From NCBI GenBank assembly GCA_963699465.1, contig CAVOTZ010000002.1:120729-184728 (forward strand): a DNA stretch of 64,000 bases, in the 5' to 3' direction. Below, piece by piece: positions 20,301 through 30,185 of the stretch. This DNA comes from an uncultured Alphaproteobacteria bacterium (GTDB lineage Bacteria; Pseudomonadota; Alphaproteobacteria; Rhizobiales; Xanthobacteraceae). A program made the translations under genes and the position numbers. The first letter of the stretch is position 1; each line of letters opens with the position of its first letter. The notes beneath the pieces were generated by a model, which made no database searches, had not been told where the DNA came from, and saw only the letters and a list, made by a program, of their open reading frames with translations.

Positions 20301-21944
20301 ATGAATTACCAGCCACGCGGCATCGACCAGGCACTCCAGGGACCGGCCTCCTATCAGGGCGAAGTGGCCGCCGCCAAGGCGCTGCTGGAGACCCAACCGA
20401 CCTGGAACGGCGTTACCGCCGAGGCCGTGGCGCGCATGCGCCTGCAGAACCGCTTCAAGACCGGCCTGGACATCGCCCGCTACACCGCGGCGATCATGCG
20501 CGCCGACATGGCGGCCTATGACGCCGATCCCGCCAAATACACCCAGTCGCTCGGCTGCTGGCACGGCTTCATCGCGCAGCAGAAGCTGATTTCGATCAAG
20601 AAGCATTTCGGCACGACCGAACGGCCGCTATCTCTATCTGTCGGGCTGGATGATCGCCGCGCTGCGCTCCGAATTCGGACCGCTGCCCGACCAGTCGATG
20701 CATGAGAAGACCTCGGTGCCGGCGCTGATCGAAGAGCTCTACACCTTCCTGCGTCAGGCCGATCCGCGCGAACTCGAACGATACCTTCCGCGACGCTCGA
20801 CGCCGCCCGCAAGGCCGGCGACCAGGCCAAGGAAAAGGCGCTGATCGAACAAGATCGACAATTTCCAGACCCATGTCGTGCCCGATCATCGCCGACATCG
20901 ACGCCGGCTTCGGCAATGCGGAGGCGACCTATCTGCTCGCCAAGAAGATGATCGAGGCGGGCGCCTGCGCGCTGCAGATCGAAAACCAGGTCTCCGACGA
21001 AAAGCAGTGCGGCCACCAGGACGGCAAGGTCACCGTGCCGCATGAGGACTTCCTGGCGAAGATGCGCGCCTGCCGCTACGCCTTCCTCGAACTCGGCGTC
21101 GAAGACGGCATCATCGTCACCCGCACCGACTCGCTCGGCGCCGGCCTGACCAAGCAGATCGCCGTCAGCCACAAGCCCGGCGACCTCGGCGATCAGTACA
21201 ACAGCTTCCTGGATTGCGAGGAAGTCACCGCCGCCAACGCCCACAATGGCGACGTCATCATCAACCGCGACGGCAAGCTGCTGCGTCCGAAGCGCCTGCC
21301 TTCGCAACCTCTACCAGTTCCGCGCCGGCACCGGCGAGGACCGCTGCGTGCTCGACTGCATCACCTCGCTGCAGAACGGCGCCGACCTGCTGTGGATCGA
21401 GACCGAGAAGCCGCATATCGAGCAGATCGCCAAGATGGTCGACCGCATCCGCGAAGTCGATCCCGAACGCCAAGCTGGCCTACAACAACTCGCCGTCCTT
21501 CAACTGGACGCTGAACTTCCGCTAGCAGGTCTACGACGCGATGAAGGAGGCGGGCAAGGAGTGTCAGCCAGTACGACCGCGCCGAACTGATGAGCGTGGA
21601 ATACGACGATACGCCGCTGGCGATCGAAGCCGACGAGCGCATCCGCACCTTCCAGGCGGATTCGGCCAAGCGCGCCGGCATCTTCCACCATCTGATCACG
21701 CTGCCGACCTATCACACGGCCGCGCTGTCGACCGACAACCTGGCCAGGGAATATTTCGGCGAGCCAGGGCATGCTCGGCTATGTGAAGAACGTTCAGCGC
21801 CAGGAGATCCGTCAGGGCATCGCCTGCGTGAAGCACCAGAACATGGCCGGCTCCGACATCGGCGACGATCACAAGGAATATTTCGCCGGCGAAGCCGCGC
21901 TGAAGGCCGGCGGCGCCCACAACACGATGAACCAGTTCGGCTAA
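20301..21944 (+). CDS. aceA: Isocitrate lyase; multiple indels and one in-frame TAG at 21523
   Basis: IIADIDAGFGN, ENQVSDEKQCGHQDGKV, WIETEKP, AYNNSPSFNW and VKHQ fragments. Confidence 0.9.
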
Positions 21945-21961
21945 CGGCTTAACAGCAGGAG

Positions 21962-22177
21962 ATGACCATGACGATCAACAGCAATTTCTGGGTGATTGGC
22001 GGCGAGTTCGGTTCGATGAACTTCCACAAGCTGGTGGAAGGCTCGGCCCAGGTTCAAGGCCCGTTCAAGTCCCGCACCGAGGCGGAGGACGCCTGGCGCA
22101 GGATTTCGGAAGAGAACCGCCACAAGGCCGGCGTGCGCTTCTCGATCGTGGAAGAGCCGAGCCGGGTGCCGGCCTGA
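21962..22177 (+). CDS. Small DUF4170-like protein
   Basis: WVIGGEF...GPF...AEDAWRR pattern; AGGAG RBS right after aceA. Confidence 0.7.
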   Translation: MTMTINSNFWVIGGEFGSMNFHKLVEGSAQVQGPFKSRTEAEDAWRRISEENRHKAGVRFSIVEEPSRVPA

Positions 22178-22358
22178 TCGGACGGGCGGCAAGTTAGAAG
22201 AAACGACCCAAGGTGAGTCTGCGGCCCCTCCGTAATCCGGTTGGGGCCGCCGGCCGTTCCGGCAGGGCAAGTCTTTGGAACTAAAGGCGCTTTGCGGGCA
22301 AACGTGGTTACTGATAGGTTAACGGCGAACGCCGCCAGCAGCAAAGGCCGCCCACGCA

Positions 22359-22922
22359 ATGTCAGAGCCGCAAAACACCGCCAGCAGTGATGCGCGCCCG
22401 GTCCGGCTGCGCGACGCGCTACGGCAGGCGCGGATCGAGGCCGCCGATCGTACCGGCGTGGTGGTCGATCTGCGCGATGCGGAAGTGGCGCGGCTGGAAA
22501 TTCTCAACGAGGCGCTGGATCCGCTGTTCGGCCAGATCCCCGATCACGTCGATCTGTTCGACCGCGGCATCAGCCAGGGCGATACGCCGCGGCTGTGGAT
22601 CGACGTGGTGGCGCATGTGATGATGGGACGCGACAAGCGGATCTATCGCTTCGTGCAGGACACCCGCTTCGGTCGCATCGTGCTCGCCGAATCGCACGAG
22701 GTTTCGGCCGTTGTCGAAGCCGTGACCAACTATGTCGCGCGCCGGATGATCGAGCGTGAGCATGCGATGGTGGCGATGCAGGTGGTCGCCCCGCCGGCCG
22801 CCGAACTCGTCGTCGAAAAGCCGCGCCGCCGCGGCCGGCTCGGAATTTTCGTGCTGGGATTCATTCTCGGCGCGCTGGCGCTGTTCGGCTTCGCGCTGTT
22901 CGGGAATTTCCCCGAATTCTGA
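22359..22922 (+). CDS. Conserved hypothetical protein with C-terminal membrane anchor
   Basis: LRDAEVARLEIL, PRLWIDVVAHV; hydrophobic C-terminus. Confidence 0.75.
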   Translation: MSEPQNTASSDARPVRLRDALRQARIEAADRTGVVVDLRDAEVARLEILNEALDPLFGQIPDHVDLFDRGISQGDTPRLWIDVVAHVMMGRDKRIYRFVQDTRFGRIVLAESHEVSAVVEAVTNYVARRMIEREHAMVAMQVVAPPAAELVVEKPRRRGRLGIFVLGFILGALALFGFALFGNFPEF

Positions 22923-22932
22923 TGCGTCGCCG

Positions 22933-23787
22933 CTAGCGGTGGCCCGCGTCCTGCGTTGAAGTGTCCTGCGTTGAAGCCGCCACCTCCGGCAGCGCCTTGT
23001 GCCATTCCTCGGAGCCGAGCTTTCCGGCGACCAAAAACAGCGTCGCGGCGAGCAGCAGCCGCAGCGCGGTTTCCGGCACCCGCGTCGCGCAATAGCTGCC
23101 GAGGATGATGCCGGGCAGCGAGCCCAACAGGAGGACGCCCATCAGCTGCCAGTCGATCGCGCCCATCGCCCAATGTCCGATACCGGCCACCAGCGTCAGC
23201 GGCACCGCATGCGCGATGTCGGAGCCGACGATGCGCGCCATCGGCAGCCGCGGATACAGCAGCAGCAGCGCGGTGACGCCGATCGCGCCTGCGCCGACCG
23301 ACGAGATCGACACCAGTACGCCGAGGATGATGCCGACCACGACGGTCGCGCGTGCGATGGTGCGGTCCTCGAGTCGCTCGAGGCGCTCGCGAAAATATTC
23401 AAGCAGGGCCTTGCGGAAGATCAGCGAGGTTGCGGTCAGGATCAGCGCAAGGGAAAGCACGATATTGATCAGGCTGCGCGCGGCGCCGCTGTTGAGATCG
23501 AGCTGCCACAGCACCACCAGCGTCAGGACGCTGGCGGGAATGCTGCCGCTGGCCAGCCGCAATACCGCCGGCCAATGGATGCTGCGCGCCAGCCCATGCA
23601 CCAGGCTGCCGCCGGTCTTGGTCGCGGCGGCGTACAAAAGGTCGGTGCCGACGGCGGTTGCCGGGTGGATGCCGAACAGCAGGATCAACAATGGCGTCAT
23701 CAGCGAGCCGCCGCCGACCCCGGTCATCCCGACCAGGAGGCCGACGCCGAAACCGGAGGCGATATAAAGCGAAGCAATGGACGACAA
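22933..23787 (-). CDS. TauE/SafE sulfite exporter family protein
   Basis: GMTGVGGGSLMTP, AVGTDL, SSVGAGAIG, VGSDIAHAVP. Confidence 0.88.
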   Translation of the reverse strand: MSSIASLYIASGFGVGLLVGMTGVGGGSLMTPLLILLFGIHPATAVGTDLLYAAATKTGGSLVHGLARSIHWPAVLRLASGSIPASVLTLVVLWQLDLNSGAARSLINIVLSLALILTATSLIFRKALLEYFRERLERLEDRTIARATVVVGIILGVLVSISSVGAGAIGVTALLLLYPRLPMARIVGSDIAHAVPLTLVAGIGHWAMGAIDWQLMGVLLLGSLPGIILGSYCATRVPETALRLLLAATLFLVAGKLGSEEWHKALPEVAASTQDTSTQDAGHR

Positions 23788-23961
23788 GCGCTGCCCTCGT
23801 TGTTCAGTTGCGTATAGCTAGGATGAACATTTCGGCAGCGGCAAGTCCTGCCGGAAAATAAGAAGGATCGTTACGCCAACGTGGCTTCAGAAGTGATTTT
23901 TACCTGCCCGCCGTCGCACGGCGGAACCAACGCCTTGGGTCGGATCTGGTTCCGTATGCCT

Positions 23962-24846
23962 TTAAATTAATCGCGTGGTACTCAGTTGCCGCATTTGCAA
24001 ATCATCGTCGATTCCGCGAACGGTCTGTTCGCACCGCCAGCCGTTGCCGTCGCGCTCGATCGAAAACAGATTATAGGCCGCGGCGGGGTAGCGGCCGTGC
24101 GCCAGCGCGGAGGCCGACGGCACGCCGATCGCAGGGATAGCGCGATCGGGGCCATCGATCCACATGGTCGAGTGCACATGGTCGTGGCCATGCAGAACCA
24201 GTTCCACGCCATGCCGCTTCAGCAGCGCGCACAGCTCATTCGAATCGGTCAGCCGTTTGGCGCGCGCATCCGAGCGCAGCGGATGGTGAATCAACAGCAC
24301 GCGGAAAAGCGGTTCGCCGGCAAGGCTGACCAACAGCCGCTCCAGCGCCTGCAACTGGCTGTGCCCCAGCCATCCGGTCGCCATCAGTGGGGCCGTCGGA
24401 ACGGCAGACGACACCCCGATCAGCGCCAGCGGGCCGCGACGTCGCAGGGAGGGGAACGTGTTGCCGGCGGCATCGTCGCCGCCGAAATAATCACCGAGCG
24501 TTTCGGCGAAACGATGCCGCGTCGCGCGGACATAGGCGTCATGGTTACCCGGCACGATGCTGATGCGATCGGGCGGACCGACGCCTTCAAGCCAGGCCCG
24601 GGCCGGTTCGAATTCCGCGTTCAGCGCGAGGTTGACGAAATCGCCTGTGATGGCGACGTGGTCCGGGCTTTGGCCGTGCATGTCCGCGATCAGCGCGTCG
24701 AGCACGTCGCGGCGCTGGTATTTGTGGCGGTTGCGGGTCCAGTTGAGATAGCCGAGCGCGCGCTTGCCCATCAGCTCGCGCAGTCGCGGCGCGGGCAACG
24801 GCGGCAGATGCGGGTCGGACAGATGGGCCAGCGCAAACCCCGCCAT
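23962..24846 (-). CDS. Metallophosphoesterase (Icc/CpdA-like)
   Basis: HLSDPH, TGDFVN, PGNHD, HHP and LHGHDH motifs. Confidence 0.88.
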   Translation of the reverse strand: MAGFALAHLSDPHLPPLPAPRLRELMGKRALGYLNWTRNRHKYQRRDVLDALIADMHGQSPDHVAITGDFVNLALNAEFEPARAWLEGVGPPDRISIVPGNHDAYVRATRHRFAETLGDYFGGDDAAGNTFPSLRRRGPLALIGVSSAVPTAPLMATGWLGHSQLQALERLLVSLAGEPLFRVLLIHHPLRSDARAKRLTDSNELCALLKRHGVELVLHGHDHVHSTMWIDGPDRAIPAIGVPSASALAHGRYPAAAYNLFSIERDGNGWRCEQTVRGIDDDLQMRQLSTTRLI

Positions 24847-24990
24847 CACCCAGGTCCGGCCGGGTTGGTTGCGCGAGTGAGCCGCTGCGCGATCATCTCG
24901 TGTTATCCTCATCAGGGCTGGCTGATGTATTGGCAAGGCGGGCGCCGCGACGCAAGGATCATGGATGATGTTTCGAGGGGTTAGGTCGCG

Positions 24991-25476
24991 ATGAACCGGT
25001 ACGGCCTGCGACAGAAATTCGAACCGGCGCTGCGGCAGCTGTTTCACCTCTATTGGCGTTTTGCCCGCGGCATGACCCTTGGCGTCCGCGGCGTCGTGCT
25101 CGACGGCGAAGGCAAGGTGTTCCTGGTCAAGCACAGCTACGTCGCCGGCTGGCATCTGCCGGGCGGCGGGGTTGAGGTCGGCGAGACGTTTGTCGAGGCG
25201 CTGCGGCGCGAATTGATGGAGGAGGGTCGCATAGAACTCACCGGCGAGCCTGTGCTGCGGGGCATCTTCCTCAACAGCCATGTGTCGCGGCGCGACCATG
25301 TCGCGGTCTATCTGGTCCGGCATTACAGCCAGGACCGGCTGCCCGAGCCGAACCGCGAGATCGTCGCCTGCGGCTTTTTCGCGGCCTCGGCGCTGCCGCC
25401 CGAAACGACCCAGGGAACGCGGCTGCGGATCGCCGAAGCGCTGGAGGGCAAGGCGCCGATGACGACTTGGCGGTAG
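24991..25476 (+). CDS. NUDIX hydrolase
   Basis: PGGGVEVGETFVEALRRELMEEG Nudix box. Confidence 0.88.
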   Translation: MNRYGLRQKFEPALRQLFHLYWRFARGMTLGVRGVVLDGEGKVFLVKHSYVAGWHLPGGGVEVGETFVEALRRELMEEGRIELTGEPVLRGIFLNSHVSRRDHVAVYLVRHYSQDRLPEPNREIVACGFFAASALPPETTQGTRLRIAEALEGKAPMTTWR

Positions 25477-25525
25477 AAGGCTTGGCGCTGGAAGGCTTGG
25501 CGTTAGAGGGGTTCGCGTTAGAGAT
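25466..25525. repeat. Four degenerate 15-nt tandem repeats starting at the NUDIX stop codon
   Basis: CTTGGCGGTAGAAGG / CTTGGCGCTGGAAGG / CTTGGCGTTAGAGGG / GTTCGCGTTAGAGAT. Confidence 0.75.
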
Positions 25526-25586
25526 CGTTAGCGTTCGATCCCTATGATCGCAGGTCAAAATCCCTAATATTCGTTAAGGATTGCCG

Positions 25587-26669
25587 ATGAGCGCCATTGC
25601 AGAACCAAAGCGCCCGCCGCGCGGCGATCTCGCCGGCATGGCGGAAGCGCTGGTGCAGTTCGCGCAGCGGGAATTTCCGCAAGCCGAGCCCGCGGAGCTA
25701 CGGATCGCCGTCCTGGTGCCCTGCTACAACGAGGAAGCCGCGGTTGCGACCGTGGTCGCCGATTTCCGCAACAGCCTGCCGACCGCCAAAATTTTCGTCT
25801 ACGACAACAATTCGTCGGATCGTACCGCGGAGGTCGCGCGCGCGGCCGGCGCCGAGGTGCGCAGCGAACGCCGCCAGGGCAAGGGCCATGTGGTGCGGCG
25901 GATGTTCGCCGATATCGATGCCGATATTTATGTGCTGGTCGACGGCGATGCGACCTATGACGCGGCCAGCGCGCCGCGCATGATCGATACGCTGATGTCG
26001 GATCACCTCGACATGGTGGTCGGCTTTCGGGTCGATCAGGTGCAAGCCGCCTACCGGCCCGGCCACCGCACCGGCAATTTGATGCTGACCGGCTTTCTCT
26101 CCTCGGTGTTCGGCGCGGCCTTCAAGGACATCCTGTCCGGCTACCGGGTGTTCTCGCGACGTTTTGTGAAATCGTTCCCGGTGCTGTCGGATGGGTTCGA
26201 GATCGAGACTGAGTTGAGCGTTCATGCGCTCGAACTGGCGCTGCCGGTTGCCGAGATCGAAACGCCGTATTACGCCCGGCCGGCGGGTTCGTTCAGCAAG
26301 CTCAACACCTGGCGCGACGGTTTTCGCATTCTCGGCACCATTTTAAAACTCTACCGGTCGGAAAAGCCGCTGCGCTTCTTCACCGCGATGGGGATTTTCC
26401 TGATGCTGGTCTCGATCGGCCTCGCCGTCCCCGTGATCGTCACTTATCTCGAGCAAGGGCTGGTGCCGCGGCTGCCGACCGCGGTGTTGTCGATGGGCCT
26501 GATGATCATGGCGGTGCTGGCGGTGTCGTCCGGGCTGGTGCTCGATACCGTGACGCGCGGCCGCCGCGAGGTCAAGCTGCTGGCCTACCTGTCCCAACCG
26601 CCCGCTCCGCACCGGCTGCATTCGCTGACATTTGCGGCGGCCGGGACGATGGACCGCACTGCTACTTGA
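25587..26669 (+). CDS. Glycosyltransferase family 2 (DPM-synthase-like) with C-terminal TM helices
   Basis: LVPCYNEE, YDNNSSD, DGD, DILSGYRVF, FEIETEL, SKL. Confidence 0.9.
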   Translation: MSAIAEPKRPPRGDLAGMAEALVQFAQREFPQAEPAELRIAVLVPCYNEEAAVATVVADFRNSLPTAKIFVYDNNSSDRTAEVARAAGAEVRSERRQGKGHVVRRMFADIDADIYVLVDGDATYDAASAPRMIDTLMSDHLDMVVGFRVDQVQAAYRPGHRTGNLMLTGFLSSVFGAAFKDILSGYRVFSRRFVKSFPVLSDGFEIETELSVHALELALPVAEIETPYYARPAGSFSKLNTWRDGFRILGTILKLYRSEKPLRFFTAMGIFLMLVSIGLAVPVIVTYLEQGLVPRLPTAVLSMGLMIMAVLAVSSGLVLDTVTRGRREVKLLAYLSQPPAPHRLHSLTFAAAGTMDRTAT

Positions 26670-26687
26670 TGCTATCCCGCCCCTCGC

Positions 26688-27200
26688 ATGAACGATCTTT
26701 CCCTGACCATTTTGCCGGAAACCGCCAACGACGCCCAGGCGATCGAGCGGCTGCACGAGCGCACCTTCGGGCCGGGCCGCTTCGTGCTCAGTGCGTACCG
26801 GATTCGCGAGCACGTCGATCATCTGCTCGATCTCTCCTTCACCGCCCGGATCGGGACGCTGCTGGTCGGATCGGTCCGGCAATTGCCGGTCCGCGTCGGC
26901 GACACCAGGGCGTTGCTGCTCGGGCCGCTGACGGTCGAGCCGCCATTTCGCAGCCGCGGCGTCGGCCGGGCGCTGCTCGATCGCGCGCTGAGAGATGCAA
27001 AGGCACAAGGCCATCGCGTGGTCCTGCTGGTGGGCGACGAGGCCTATTACAGCCGCGTCGGCTTCAAGCCGGTTCCGAAAGGGCGCGCGACCATGCCCGG
27101 ACCGGTCGACTACAAGCGTCTGCTGGTCGCGGAGCTCGTCGACGGCGCCTTCACCGATGTGTCCGGGCCCATCGGCCCGGACTGGAGCTTTGCCCGTTAG
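26688..27200 (+). CDS. GNAT N-acetyltransferase (YhbS-like)
   Basis: LGPLTVEP, RSRGVGRAL, LVGDEAYYSRVGF. Confidence 0.88.
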   Translation: MNDLSLTILPETANDAQAIERLHERTFGPGRFVLSAYRIREHVDHLLDLSFTARIGTLLVGSVRQLPVRVGDTRALLLGPLTVEPPFRSRGVGRALLDRALRDAKAQGHRVVLLVGDEAYYSRVGFKPVPKGRATMPGPVDYKRLLVAELVDGAFTDVSGPIGPDWSFAR

Positions 27201-27206
27201 CTCAGC

Positions 27207-29543
27207 CTACAGCTTCTGCGAGATGCCAAAATAGAAGCCGCGGCGCGGCCCGAATTGCGGCGCGAACACGCCGATGCCGGAGCCATCCCTGATCTGGTAG
27301 ATCGTATCGAACAAATTGACGACGTCGAAGCGCAGCGTGGTCGGTTTTGCCGCCGACACCCAGTTGAAATCGTGCGACACCCCGACATTGACCTGGGTGT
27401 AGGACGGCAAGGTCGTGGTGTTGGCAAAGCCGTTGCGCAGGCCGCTGCCATAGATCATGTCGGCGGAGAATTTGGTGCCGTTCCACAAGTAGGAGGCGCC
27501 GGCCGACGCGGTCAGCAGCTGGGCGTGGTCGGTGTAGACATAGGCGTTGGCGATGTAGGCGAGTTCGTCCGGAGCGAACAGATACTGGTTCGACACGATT
27601 TGGGTCGCGCGTTGTCTGGCCCAGGCGATGTTGCCGTACAGACGCAAATTGCCGTTGGTGTAATTGGCCTTGAGTTCGACGCCGACATTCTGGCCGCGGG
27701 CGTAATTGAACGCGGATAGCACATAGGCCTGGCCGAATTGGCCGTCGTCCAGCAAGTCGGTGGCGGTCTTGTAATAGGCGTCCAACCCCATCTCGAGGCC
27801 GGGGATGGCGTAGATCTTCTGATCGACGCCGATGTCGTACACATTGGAGCGTTCTGGCTGCACCGGATCGTTCTGCGCGACGGCGGGCTGCGCCGTCGTG
27901 CCCTGCACCAGCGCGAGATTGCTCGGCGCGGCCAGTACCTGTTCCGGCGGGGTGAAGTTGCGGGAATAGCCGGCATGGAAGGTGGTGCCGTCATATGGCT
28001 TCCAGGTCGCGTTGACGCGCGGGCTGAGCTGGTTGGCGTCGACGAATTGCCACATCTGGTCGAAGCGCAGGCCGGCATTGATCGTCAGATTGTTGGTCGC
28101 CTTCCATTCGTCTTCGAGATAGGTGCTGAAGAGGTACCCAGTCTTGGTGTTGGAATCGAATATCGATGTCGTCGTATTGGTCGGCAGGCCGGTCCCGGGA
28201 TCCAGCGCAAGCGAGGTCGATCCATTGTTGACCAGTGTATTCTCGGTGCTGGCGGCAAAGCCGAATTTCAGGGTGTGCGCGAAGCCGAGCCGATAGGAGG
28301 TGTCTTCCTGGATGCCATTGATAAAACTCTGGCGATAGACGTCGGATGCCACGCCATTGAAGACGAGGTCGCCGATCGGATCGGGCTGGAAGTGCAGCGA
28401 GCTGTAGCGGTTGAAGTAAGAGAGCTGGAAATCGAAATCCTCGACCGACTTCTGGTAGGCCAGCACGTTGAACTGGTTGAATTCCTGCTGCCGCTCGTTG
28501 AGTAGCGCCGAATCGAAGCTGGTTATTCCGAATGGTGTAAATGCCGGCGTTTGCCCGGGGTTGTTGGGGATCTGGTAGGCGCCGTTCGAGACGCCGCTGA
28601 TGAAGGTCAGCCGGCTGGTCGGATCGATCACCGTCGAGAGATACAAAAATCCCTTTTCCTGCGATGTGTTGTCGTGGATGGCGTTGTAGCCGGGCGTCGG
28701 ATTTTCGATGCCGACGCTGCTGCCGAAATAACGCCCCGAGACGTAATACTGGGTTTGCCCGATCGTGCCGCCATATTCGGCGGAGGTCGTGATGTTGCCG
28801 TGGCTGCCGCCATAAACGCTGACGCTGCCGGAGTTGTTGAAGGCATCCGACTTGGTCTGGATGTCGAGTACGCCGGCGGTGCGCAGGCCGTATTGCGCCG
28901 GCAGCGCGCCGGTGATCAGCGCCAGGCTGCCGACAATGCCGGTATCGATGATCTGCCCGAACGCGCCGACGCCGTCGGGCAGCATGATGCCGTTGATGCG
29001 GTATTGCAGGTTGGCGTGTTCGTTGCGCACATGCAGTTGGCCGCTGGCGGCGGAATCCTGCGACACGCCCGGGACCTGCAACAGCGCCTTGTCGAGCGGC
29101 GTGTTGGTGCCTTGCGGCAGCGCTTCGAGCGCCTGCTGGGTCAACTGGTAGGAACCCGCGCCGGTGGGCGCCACCAAAGCGCGGCGCGCTTCGTCGAACC
29201 GGTCGTTGGTGTCGGCGACGCGTTTTTGCGGGGACTCCGGCGGCGGCGTGACCGGTGGCTGGCGTCGCCGTTCGGTCGCGACCCGGGTGGGGGGATGACG
29301 AGCCGGCTGCACGCGCTTTGGCGCGGTTACTTCGACATTCGGGAGCGCAATCGCATCGCCGGTAGATGCCGGCGCTTGCGATGACGGGGGTGGCGCAGGC
29401 GTAGCCGTCGACGGTGCGGGCACGACGGCCGGCGGCGGCGAGGGCGCAGCCGCCGGAGCCGCCGCCGATGTCTGCGCGTAGGCCGGCCCGCACAGCAGCA
29501 GCGAAGCTGCGCTGGAGGCGGCGAGCATTTGTTTTTTCAACAC
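27207..29543 (-). CDS. TonB-dependent receptor, probably for a metal (zinc)
   Basis: Signal peptide, Pro-rich linker, plug (PGV...HVRNEH...YRINGI), NLFD, beta-barrel-type C-terminus; Zur-like box upstream. Confidence 0.88.
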   Translation of the reverse strand: MLKKQMLAASSAASLLLCGPAYAQTSAAAPAAAPSPPPAVVPAPSTATPAPPPSSQAPASTGDAIALPNVEVTAPKRVQPARHPPTRVATERRRQPPVTPPPESPQKRVADTNDRFDEARRALVAPTGAGSYQLTQQALEALPQGTNTPLDKALLQVPGVSQDSAASGQLHVRNEHANLQYRINGIMLPDGVGAFGQIIDTGIVGSLALITGALPAQYGLRTAGVLDIQTKSDAFNNSGSVSVYGGSHGNITTSAEYGGTIGQTQYYVSGRYFGSSVGIENPTPGYNAIHDNTSQEKGFLYLSTVIDPTSRLTFISGVSNGAYQIPNNPGQTPAFTPFGITSFDSALLNERQQEFNQFNVLAYQKSVEDFDFQLSYFNRYSSLHFQPDPIGDLVFNGVASDVYRQSFINGIQEDTSYRLGFAHTLKFGFAASTENTLVNNGSTSLALDPGTGLPTNTTTSIFDSNTKTGYLFSTYLEDEWKATNNLTINAGLRFDQMWQFVDANQLSPRVNATWKPYDGTTFHAGYSRNFTPPEQVLAAPSNLALVQGTTAQPAVAQNDPVQPERSNVYDIGVDQKIYAIPGLEMGLDAYYKTATDLLDDGQFGQAYVLSAFNYARGQNVGVELKANYTNGNLRLYGNIAWARQRATQIVSNQYLFAPDELAYIANAYVYTDHAQLLTASAGASYLWNGTKFSADMIYGSGLRNGFANTTTLPSYTQVNVGVSHDFNWVSAAKPTTLRFDVVNLFDTIYQIRDGSGIGVFAPQFGPRRGFYFGISQKL

Positions 29544-29650
29544 GGACTTGCTTCCGATTCCTTGCCGCCAAAATCAGGCGGACCGATTTCGATTATCCCG
29601 CCGGGATCGGCGCACGGGGCGGCGATCGGGGGCTCGTCAATCAATCGAGG

Positions 29651-30022
29651 TCAGGAGATCGGGGGAGCGCGGGGCTGAAATGCGACGCGGAGGGAGTTCA
29701 GATGGATAAATTCGGCATCCGTGGTCCGGTACAGAAATTCCACGGCTTCCGGCAGCCGCAGCAGCGGCGGGGTGGCAAACAACGTGGCGTTCGCCATGGC
29801 GATGACGGCGCAGATCGCGCAAGCGTCGTTGGCATGGCGGTCGGAATCCTGGTCGGAGGTGGGCGCTGGCTGTGGGGTCGCGGCCTGTGCAATGGCGGAC
29901 TGCATCGCGGGCGCCGCGTGAGCGACGCCGTGGAAATGGCCGAACGACAACGCAAACTGGATCGCCAGCGCCAGCAGCGCGAGCCTCGACCCCTGTTTGA
30001 TGTTCGAGCGGAACCACTTCAT
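29651..30022 (-). CDS. DUF2946 leader protein (CruR/CutF-like) with CxxC and C-terminal RAPP
   Basis: Signal-like N-terminus, HFH, CAIC, ends QPRAPPIS; directly upstream of the TonB receptor. Confidence 0.82.
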   Translation of the reverse strand: MKWFRSNIKQGSRLALLALAIQFALSFGHFHGVAHAAPAMQSAIAQAATPQPAPTSDQDSDRHANDACAICAVIAMANATLFATPPLLRLPEAVEFLYRTTDAEFIHLNSLRVAFQPRAPPIS

Positions 30023-30069
30023 GCCGACACGCACCCCACACCGGATAGCCCGGGCATCCCGGCCATCCA

Positions 30070-30086
30070 ATGTTATATTATAACAT
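30070..30086. promoter_or_regulatory. Zur-type operator
   Basis: Perfect 8-1-8 palindrome ATGTTATA-T-TATAACAT, matching the proteobacterial Zur box. Confidence 0.72.
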
Positions 30087-30185
30087 CAGGTATCACGGGT
30101 GGATGTCAACCGTAGTCCAGTCGCGTCAGGAGCAAAAACCTTCGCCTGTGTAGTTCGGGCAACGCTGGCCCACATGAAACGTTGA

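Noticed and set aside
21523-21525. In-frame TAG in aceA (LNFR*QVYDAM) as pyrrolysine or readthrough
   Set aside because: One substitution from TGG or CAG in a gene with many other errors; no recoding machinery seen
25466-25525. Short repeats as a CRISPR array
   Set aside because: No spacers, units are too short, and there are no cas genes
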